Source of the DNA: Candidatus Sumerlaeia bacterium
GTDB lineage: Bacteria > Sumerlaeota > Sumerlaeia > SLMS01
NCBI GenBank assembly: GCA_038208905.1
Contig: JBBQYG010000111.1
Coordinates: 1 to 13,358 of the forward strand
Length of the DNA stretch: 13,358 nt
Direction of reading: 5' to 3'
A program made the translations under genes and the position numbers. Shown here one piece after another: positions 1-5,965 of the stretch (positions are counted from its first letter, which is position 1; the number at the start of each line of letters is the position of its first letter). Below the pieces are notes generated by a model. That model did no database searches. It saw only the letters and a list, made by a program, of their open reading frames with translations, and was not told the DNA's origin.

Positions 1-386
1 GTCGGTGCTGAGGTTCCCGTAGGTGCTGCCGTTCCTGTGACGGTCGGAGCAGCCGTTTCCGTCGGGGCGGCGGTCCCAGTCGGCGCCGCCGTGCCTGTCG
101 GAGAGGCCGTGATCGTCGCGCTGGGTGCGGTCGTGCCTGTGGCGCTGGGGCTTGCGGATGGAGAAGTCGTTGGCGTCGCCGTCGGCGAGGCCGTGCCGGT
201 CGGCGTGGCGGTTCCCGTTGCCGAGGGAGTGGCCGAAGGCGTCGAGGTGGGCGACTCGGTTGGCGTCGCCGAAACCGTGGGCGAAAGCGAAACCGTGGGC
301 GATGCAGACGGCGTGCCCGAGGGCGATGGCGTGGCCGAAACCGTGGGCGAGGGAGAAGGCGACGGCGAGGGGGTCGGCGTGGCGGT
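1..386 (-). repeat. Coding low-complexity Pro/Thr/Ser/Ala linker with tandem peptide repeats
   Basis: T-[GE]-T-A-A-P-like units at about 1-105; CGAAACCGTGGGCGA (encodes SPTVS) exact at 270-284, 288-302 and 336-350. Confidence 0.85.
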
Positions 387-2240
387 CACACATTCGATGG
401 GGATGACGAGGCACTCGGAGAACTCCGAGGTGGCGCCCGTGGTTTGCAACGTCGCCAGCGCCGTCAACACGCCGCCGAAGGTAATCTGGGAATCGAGGAG
501 GATGATCGTGCTTCCTGTCCCCGCGATGCCGGTGTCGATGGTTCCCGTGCCGACGATTCGCTCGCCCGGGCCGGCGTTGGGCTCTTCCCCGGTGTAGCAC
601 GCCGCGCTCTGGTAGATGACGATATCGAATGTCTCGCTGGGAAACGAATCGAGCTGGAGGCTGACCGACTGGCAGTCGAGCGTATCGACCGAGAGGAGCG
701 CAGGGCGGTTCTGGAGGCTGTTGGCGCCGGAGACATCCGCATTCTCCGGCGAGATCGGGTTCAGGCCATCGGGAGAAAGCCCGCCTCCGTTGCGAATCAG
801 GTCGATGGCATAGGCGGAACCGCCGCCCTGCCCGAAGGTATTCCCCGTGATCGACACGGAATCGGTTTGGTCCGATATGATGACGGCGGAGCCCAGATAG
901 TCGGGGAACTCGTTGTCCTCGACGATGGTGCGGTTGGCCGCGGTGGCATCGGCCTCGTCCACGCGAACGCCATGAAGGCCGTTGGGATTGCCAGCCGCGC
1001 CAGACAGCGTGCCGCCGATGATGTTGCCCGCGATCAGGTGTTCGCCGTTGGCCCCGGTGGAGAATACGTTCAAGCCATCGACCAGATTGGAGGAGATCAC
1101 GTTTCCATCCCCCACGGCGGGACCCCCGACCGTGACGCCCAGTGACTCGACGATGGAGACTCCGTTGTTCCCGTTGCCGAGTGCGTCGCCGCTCTCGTCG
1201 ATGCCGATCAGGTTCCCGCGCACGATGGTGCCGGGCGCGTCGAAGAGGTCGATCCCCGAGTTGCCGTTGCCGACGATCACATTTCCCGCGGCCAGCGGGG
1301 CGCTTGACCGAAAGCCAATGGTGGTCGATCCGCCGCCGGCGATGCGCACGCCAAAGCTGGAGTTCGCGATCACCTTTCCAAGGAACGTCTGGCCGATGTA
1401 GTTGCCGCCGATCACGTTTCCGATGGCGGTGGCACCCTCAACAACGATGCCCGCCCCAGAGTTCCCCGCGATGGCGTTGCCGCCCGCCAGCGTGGAGGCG
1501 CCGACGAAGTTCCCGGTTCCGGTGATGCGGATGCCGGGGCCGACGTTGGGGCGCTCGAACTCGTCGCCGAAATCGTCCACAAAGACGAAACCAAAGTCGC
1601 TGGCGCGGACGGTGGTGTTGCTGCCCTCGATCTGCATGCCGGCATCGGTGAACGTGGCGACGTCGTCGCCGTTGCCCGCGACGATGCTGTTCTCCACGGT
1701 CACGCCGCTCGCCGTGCTCGCGATGAAAATCCCATGGCCCAGGTTGGCCTCCGCATCGCGGAAGCCCGTGGGCAGTATGCCGATCGCGCAGTTGTCCACC
1801 GTGTGGCCCGTTGCGCCGGCGATGGAGATTCCATTCCCCTCGAACCCAGTGATGATTAGCCCGTTGACCGTGCTGTTGCCGGAGCCCGCCACGAAGCTTA
1901 GCCCGTCGCCGGAACCGCTCAGCCCGCGAAGGTGAACCTGACCCGAGTCGGGCTGGGTCGATCCGTCGATGGACACCTGCCGGGAGATCGAGGGAATTCC
2001 CGCGCCCATTTCGATGACCGGTATATCCGTTCCGAAGCCGGGGATATTGAACGCGATCGAGTGGGGGCCCGCGGAAGCGTTGGCCTGGCCGAGGATGAAG
2101 CCCAGGCTCCCCGCAACGCCGGTGCCGCCGTCGGTGTTGATTACCGTGAAATTGGCGGCCGATAGCGCGCCGGGGGCCGTCATGGCCGCGGCCAGAAGGG
2201 CGATCTTCCAACCGGTGGTGGTCAACTTGCTTCGTTTCAT
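1..2240 (-). CDS. Large secreted/surface protein: signal peptide, parallel beta-helix repeats, small Cys-containing domain, long Pro/Thr/Ser linker (3' end outside window)
   Basis: Hand translation of the minus strand from ATG at 2240 (AAGGA at 2252-2248 upstream): MKRSKLTTTGWKIALLAAAMTAPGALSA-ANFTVINTDGGTGVAGSLGFILGQANASAGPHSIAFNIPG...; repeated GNxIxGNxxxGI-like turns (GNAIAGNSGAGIVV, GNVIGGNYIG, GNVIVGNGNSGIDL, GNVISSNLVDGL); ...TSEFSECLVIPIEC then TATPTPSPSPSP... No stop before position 1, so absent from the ORF track. Confidence 0.9.
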   Translation of the reverse strand, partial: MKRSKLTTTGWKIALLAAAMTAPGALSAANFTVINTDGGTGVAGSLGFILGQANASAGPHSIAFNIPGFGTDIPVIEMGAGIPSISRQVSIDGSTQPDSGQVHLRGLSGSGDGLSFVAGSGNSTVNGLIITGFEGNGISIAGATGHTVDNCAIGILPTGFRDAEANLGHGIFIASTASGVTVENSIVAGNGDDVATFTDAGMQIEGSNTTVRASDFGFVFVDDFGDEFERPNVGPGIRITGTGNFVGASTLAGGNAIAGNSGAGIVVEGATAIGNVIGGNYIGQTFLGKVIANSSFGVRIAGGGSTTIGFRSSAPLAAGNVIVGNGNSGIDLFDAPGTIVRGNLIGIDESGDALGNGNNGVSIVESLGVTVGGPAVGDGNVISSNLVDGLNVFSTGANGEHLIAGNIIGGTLSGAAGNPNGLHGVRVDEADATAANRTIVEDNEFPDYLGSAVIISDQTDSVSITGNTFGQGGGSAYAIDLIRNGGGLSPDGLNPISPENADVSGANSLQNRPALLSVDTLDCQSVSLQLDSFPSETFDIVIYQSAACYTGEEPNAGPGERIVGTGTIDTGIAGTGSTIILLDSQITFGGVLTALATLQTTGATSEFSECLVIPIECVTATPTPSPSPSPSPTVSATPSPSGTPSASPTVSLSPTVSATPTESPTSTPSATPSATGTATPTGTASPTATPTTSPSASPSATGTTAPSATITASPTGTAAPTGTAAPTETAAPTVTGTAAPTGTSAP

Positions 2241-2372
2241 CGATACATCCTTCCGTATTGGGAGATCGGGCGACCCGCGAGCGACGCAACGAATCGTTGA
2301 GTCGATCCCGATGACTGAGGCACGGGACGACAATATGATAGGATTTCGACGATGCCCCCCACGGCGCGCCAC

Positions 2373-2401
2373 GAAAATTCACGCCGCCCCGGAAAATTCA
2401 C
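2373..2401 (-). promoter_or_regulatory. Direct repeat GAAAATTCAC x2 upstream of the large secreted protein; candidate operator
   Basis: Exact 10-mer at 2373-2382 and 2392-2401 in an AT-rich patch; TATCAT (-10-like, minus strand) at 2340-2335. Confidence 0.4.
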
Positions 2402-2444
2402 CTATAAAACACAATAAAATGCTGGTCTCCCCGATCAGGCGTCA

Positions 2445-2493
2445 AAAGGAAGAAGCCCAAGGCAACGCGGCAACGCCACACGCCCTGGGCTTC
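2445..2493 (-). terminator. Rho-independent terminator downstream of HU
   Basis: Minus strand GAAGCCCAGGGC...GCCTTGGGCTTC (12-bp stem with one G-U; 2493-2482 pairs with 2463-2452) followed by TTCCTTTT. Confidence 0.75.
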
Positions 2494-2520
2494 ATAAAAT
2501 GCCCAACCCCGGTGGCAGCC

Positions 2521-2572
2521 AACTCCCTGCCCTTGCCTGCTGCTCCCTACCGTTCCCTGCTTTTCCCTGCCG
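2521..2572. repeat. Degenerate 10-bp tandem array (consensus about TTCCCTGCCG) abutting the HU stop codon
   Basis: aactccctgc ccttgcctgc tgctccctac cgttccctgc ttttccctgc cg. Confidence 0.8.
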
Positions 2573-2857
2573 TTACTTCGACAGCTTTTCCTTCAGGCCC
2601 GCCGCCGCGCGGAAGGCGACGGTGGTGGAGGCAGCGATGTCGATCTCGGCGCCGGTGGCGGGGTTGCGGCCCTTGCGGGCTTCGCGGTTCTTCAGCTCGA
2701 AGGTGCCGAATCCAGCCACCAGAAAGCGGTGCTTGTCGTCTTCCTTGATCGCGCGCAGGATCGTGTCAAAGACGGCCTCGTAAACTTCGCCAACCTGGGC
2801 CTTGGTGACGCCGTCAACCTTCTCGGCAACGATATCGATGAGTTCTGCCTTGGTCAT
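2573..2857 (-). CDS. hup: DNA-binding protein HU
   Basis: 94 aa, MTKAELIDIVAEK...GFGTFELKNREARKGRNPATG...VAFRAAAGLKEKL, the HU/IHF signature; GGAG upstream. Confidence 0.95.
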   Translation of the reverse strand: MTKAELIDIVAEKVDGVTKAQVGEVYEAVFDTILRAIKEDDKHRFLVAGFGTFELKNREARKGRNPATGAEIDIAASTTVAFRAAAGLKEKLSK

Positions 2858-2968
2858 TCTCGGGTGATTCTCCGTGGGATGTTATTGCCAACGGCGGGGG
2901 GAAAGCCTTTGCGCGCCGGGCACGGGGAGTGGAAGCCTGCTTGCGGGACCGGTAAAGGGAAAAGGGCC

Positions 2969-3223
2969 ATGGCGCGGGAAGAATTCACCGTCAGGATCAC
3001 GAAAAGCGGCGAAATCTTCGTCGAGATGGAGGGTCTGCCCCCCCGCCGCATTAAGGATATCGTCAAATATCTGGAGGAAACCGTCGGCCCCGCCCGCTTC
3101 ATCGAGTCCGAGGACGGCGGCGCCTCCGGCAACGTCGAACTCGACGACCGCCTCGGCCGCGAAGAGGCCGGGGACCAGGAAGAAACAAAACAAAGGCTGA
3201 GGATTCGGGACGGGGAAAAGTGA
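2969..3223 (+). CDS. Small DUF2997-like protein (84 aa)
   Basis: ATG at 2969 after purine-rich AAAGGGAAAAGGG; MAREEFTVRITKSGEIFVEMEG...IVKYLEETVG resembles the DUF2997 pattern. The track's upstream extension to 2729 overlaps HU and is unlikely. Confidence 0.65.
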   Translation: MAREEFTVRITKSGEIFVEMEGLPPRRIKDIVKYLEETVGPARFIESEDGGASGNVELDDRLGREEAGDQEETKQRLRIRDGEK

Positions 3224-3367
3224 ACGGCAAAAAACAGGGAACGGCAGGGAACGACGGGGAACAGCAGGAAAAAACAAAAGTCGCATTACACTACTCTCCC
3301 CTGCCCTTCCCCAACCTCTCCCTGCCGTTCCCCGCCGTTCACGGCCTTTCCCTATTGTTCCCCTTCC
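3224..3367. repeat. Inverted pair of 10-bp tandem arrays (CGGCAGGGAA-like, then TTCCCTGCCG-like)
   Basis: Left arm 3231-3270: aaaacaggga acggcaggga acgacgggga acagcaggaa. Right arm 3297-3367: tcccctgccc ttccccaacc (t)ctccctgccg ttccccgccg ttcacggcct ttccctattg ttccccttcc. Confidence 0.8.
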
Positions 3368-3392
3368 CGCCGCTGCCCCAGCGTTGACGACC

Positions 3393-4235
3393 ATGATATC
3401 CGAACTCATCCGCAGCCGGGAACTGGTCTTCACGCTGGTCAAGCGCGACCTCAAGGTGCGCTACAAGGCGAGCACGCTCGGGTTCCTGTGGAGCTTTGGG
3501 CGGCCGCTTTTCCTGATGATCATCATGGTGGCGGTGTTCTCCCACATCGTGAAGATATCCACGGATATCCCCTATCCGCTCCACCTCCTGACGGGCCTGC
3601 TGCCGTGGATGTTCCTGACGGGCGGCCTGCTGGACGCCCAGGGGTCGATCATCCACAATTCCAACGTGGTGAAGAAGGTGTACCTCCCCACGGCCACGTT
3701 CCCAGCCGCCACGGTGATCAGCCACCTGATCCACCTGCTGCTGGCGTTCACCATCCTGTTCGCGTTCATCCTTGGATATACGCTGTTCTACGACGCGGCG
3801 GTGTTCCCAAGCTGGGAGATCGTGTTCCTCCCGCTGATCGTGGCGATTCAGTTCGTCATGATCCTGGGCCTGGCGCTGGTGCTCAGCTCGCTCAACGTGT
3901 TCTACCGCGACGTGGGATCGATCTCCGACATCGTGCTGACGGCGTGGTTCTACCTGACGCCCGTGATCTATCCCGTCCAGAAGGCGCGGGAGGAACTGCG
4001 CGGGATGTTCGGCACGGACCTGGTCTATTACCTTTACCTCTGCAACCCCATGACGCCGATCACGGTGGCGTATAGACGCGTGCTGTATGGCCGCCACCTG
4101 AGCGTGGCGCCGGAGGTCAGCGACGCGACGCTGCTGCTGGGCCTCGGCATCTCGGCGACGTTCGCGGTGGGCGTCTTCTTCTTCGGCGCGTGGCTGTTCC
4201 GGCGGTTGTCTCCGCAGTTTGCGGACGAGTTGTAG
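3393..4235 (+). CDS. wzm: ABC-2 type polysaccharide export permease (Wzm/TagG family)
   Basis: RELVFTLVKRDLKVRYKASTLGFLWS, NSNVVKKVYLP, SSLNVFYRDV, WFYLTPVIYP, NPMTPITVAYR are Wzm/TagG hallmarks; about six hydrophobic segments. Start ATG 3393 or TTG 3384. Confidence 0.9.
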   Translation: MISELIRSRELVFTLVKRDLKVRYKASTLGFLWSFGRPLFLMIIMVAVFSHIVKISTDIPYPLHLLTGLLPWMFLTGGLLDAQGSIIHNSNVVKKVYLPTATFPAATVISHLIHLLLAFTILFAFILGYTLFYDAAVFPSWEIVFLPLIVAIQFVMILGLALVLSSLNVFYRDVGSISDIVLTAWFYLTPVIYPVQKAREELRGMFGTDLVYYLYLCNPMTPITVAYRRVLYGRHLSVAPEVSDATLLLGLGISATFAVGVFFFGAWLFRRLSPQFADEL

Positions 4236-4249
4236 GCGGGCGCAACCCG

Positions 4250-4297
4250 ATGGACACAATGGACGTCCATCAGGTCAATGTTGCCAATTGCGTCCAA
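4250..4297. repeat. Inverted 9-bp-period array (ATGGAC-N3 units) between convergent genes
   Basis: ATGGAC at 4250 and 4259; GTCCAT 4265, GTCAAT 4274, GCCAAT 4283, GTCCAA 4292; central perfect palindrome ATGGACGTCCAT at 4259-4270. Confidence 0.7.
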
Positions 4298-4327
4298 TCG
4301 GTTGGCGATGCCACCCGCGAAAATCCC

Positions 4328-5122
4328 CTAGAACAATCCCGCGATCCACTTGTTCAGCCCCAGCAGTTCCGAGCTGCTGGCGAGGATGCAGATCGTCAGG
4401 ATCGCCGTGATCCACTTCTCGCCCTTGTGCAGCGCCACCCAGCTTCCGATAAACGCGCCGCCGATCTGCCCGATGAAGATGGCGATGCCCGCGTACCAAT
4501 CGATCTTCAGGCTGCTCATGCTGAAGATGACGAGCGCCAGCATGTTCACCACCAGCGTCAGCACCAGCTTGATGTAGTTCCCGCGAACGAGGTCCAGCCG
4601 CATCAGCCACCCCAGCGCCGCCAGGATCATGATCCCCGCGCCGGCCTGCAGGAATCCCATGTAGAATCCGATTCCGGCGAACAGAACCAGAGAGATGCCC
4701 TTGTGCCTTGCCGTCATCGTCAGCCACGGGTTGATCGGCGGGCCGTCCCTGGGGAGCGACTTGGGCCGCGCCAGAATCAGCGCCAGCAACGCCAGCATGA
4801 TCACGCCCAGCAGGAGGTTGAACTGCTCCTTGGGTATATACGCGGCGCAAAGCGCCCCCGGCACGGCGCCGATCAGCGCGGCGATGCCAAGGCGCAGCGA
4901 GAGGAAGTCCTCCTGAACGCCGCCGCGCCGGAACTGCCGGACGCCGACGATATTCTGGGAGATGATGCCGATGCGGTTGGTGGCGTTGGCGTCGGGCCCG
5001 CTGAGCCCGCCGAGGAAAATCAGCGCCGGGATGGTGAGGATGCTTCCCCCCCCGCCCACCGTGTTCATCACCCCCGCCAGCACGCCCGCCGCCAGCAGAA
5101 CGATGTAGGTCAAAATCTCCAA
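4328..5122 (-). CDS. Sulfite exporter TauE/SafE (TSUP) family membrane protein
   Basis: AGVLAGVMNTVGGGGSILTIPAL...ANATNR and internal repeat IGFYMGFLQAGAG; likely start TTG at 5122 (MEILTYIVLL) rather than the track's 5209. Confidence 0.88.
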   Translation of the reverse strand: MEILTYIVLLAAGVLAGVMNTVGGGGSILTIPALIFLGGLSGPDANATNRIGIISQNIVGVRQFRRGGVQEDFLSLRLGIAALIGAVPGALCAAYIPKEQFNLLLGVIMLALLALILARPKSLPRDGPPINPWLTMTARHKGISLVLFAGIGFYMGFLQAGAGIMILAALGWLMRLDLVRGNYIKLVLTLVVNMLALVIFSMSSLKIDWYAGIAIFIGQIGGAFIGSWVALHKGEKWITAILTICILASSSELLGLNKWIAGLF

Positions 5123-5255
5123 GAGCCGCCCACGCGCGCCACAAGTGCCGAACCCGCCCGGCGACGGGACATTGCGAGGCGGGGGGGACAGCGGACAACG
5201 GCAATCCACGCATTATCCCTCGACCGCCGCCGCCGCCGCCGCTTCGATTCCGAGT

Positions 5256-5825
5256 ATGGGTGTTCTGCGAATTATCTCTGGAGACCGCCGCGGCGCGCAC
5301 CTGCGCACGCCCGAGGGCGACGAGACCCGGCCCCTGCGCGATCGGGTGAGGCAGGCGCTGTTCAATATCCTGCGTCCCCGGCTCCGCGAGTCGCGGGTGC
5401 TCGATGCCTTCGCGGGGAGCGGCGCCGTCGGCCTGGAGGCCCTCAGCAACGGCGCGCTTCACGCCACGATGGTGGAGCCCATCCCCGCCGCCGTGGCCGC
5501 GATTCGCGACAACGTGCGCAAGCTCCGCTACGAGGATCGCGCGCTGGTGATCCAGGGGCTCACGCCCGAGAGCCCCGCGCGCAGTCCGCTGGTCACGCAA
5601 TCCTTCACGCTGGTTTTTCTGATGCCACCGTATCACTCCGGACTGGGGCAGGCGGCCATCGCCGATATTGACCTCTCTCGCCGCATCGCGCCCGAGGCGA
5701 TGGCCGTGTGCGAGGTCCATCGCGACGAGCCCTTCGAGCCGCCGCCCGGATGGCAGATCTCCGACGACCGCGCCTATGGCATCACCCGGCTCGCATTCCT
5801 GACGCGCATCGGCGACGTGAACTAG
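5256..5825 (+). CDS. rsmD: RsmD-family 16S rRNA (guanine-N2) methyltransferase, with atypical motif IV
   Basis: LRIISG..RG..L, TRPLRDRVRQALFNIL, VLDAFAGSGAVGLEALSNGA, C-terminal RAYGITRLAF; ATG at 5256. Motif IV reads MPPY instead of DPPY. Confidence 0.85.
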   Translation: MGVLRIISGDRRGAHLRTPEGDETRPLRDRVRQALFNILRPRLRESRVLDAFAGSGAVGLEALSNGALHATMVEPIPAAVAAIRDNVRKLRYEDRALVIQGLTPESPARSPLVTQSFTLVFLMPPYHSGLGQAAIADIDLSRRIAPEAMAVCEVHRDEPFEPPPGWQISDDRAYGITRLAFLTRIGDVN

Positions 5826-5857
5826 GCCTTTTCCCGAATTCCAGAGCCGACGCTAAC

Positions 5858-5948
5858 GGTAGCATGGGCATCCTGCCCATGCCCCGCCAGCCTGCGACTC
5901 GAAGGGACCCCCGGGTACCGCCGCACGGGCAAGATGCGCCGTGCTACC
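5858..5948. repeat. Inverted pair of GTAG-type REP palindromes (REPIN-like doublet)
   Basis: GGTAGCATGGGCATCCTGCCCATGC at 5858-5882 (perfect 9-bp stem) and an inverted copy GCACGGGCAAGATGCGCCGTGCTACC at 5923-5948, between convergent genes. Confidence 0.85.
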
Positions 5949-5965
5949 TTGCTTCGCGCCGCGGA

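Noticed and set aside
37..2382. Track ORFs 37-597, 444-1145, 982-1401, 1402-1935 (+) and 1438-2382 (-)
   Set aside because: Antisense or off-frame shadows of the real minus-strand gene starting at 2240; the VGxAV repeats are the mirror of the PT linker.
2521..3367. Possible CRISPR array or replication iterons
   Set aside because: Units are 10 bp, contiguous and degenerate, with no unique spacers, cas genes or rep gene.
5612..5633. Frameshift explanation for the missing Asp in rsmD (a GAT lies out of frame at 5621)
   Set aside because: Sequence both upstream and downstream is RsmD-like in the same frame, so no frameshift is needed or supported.
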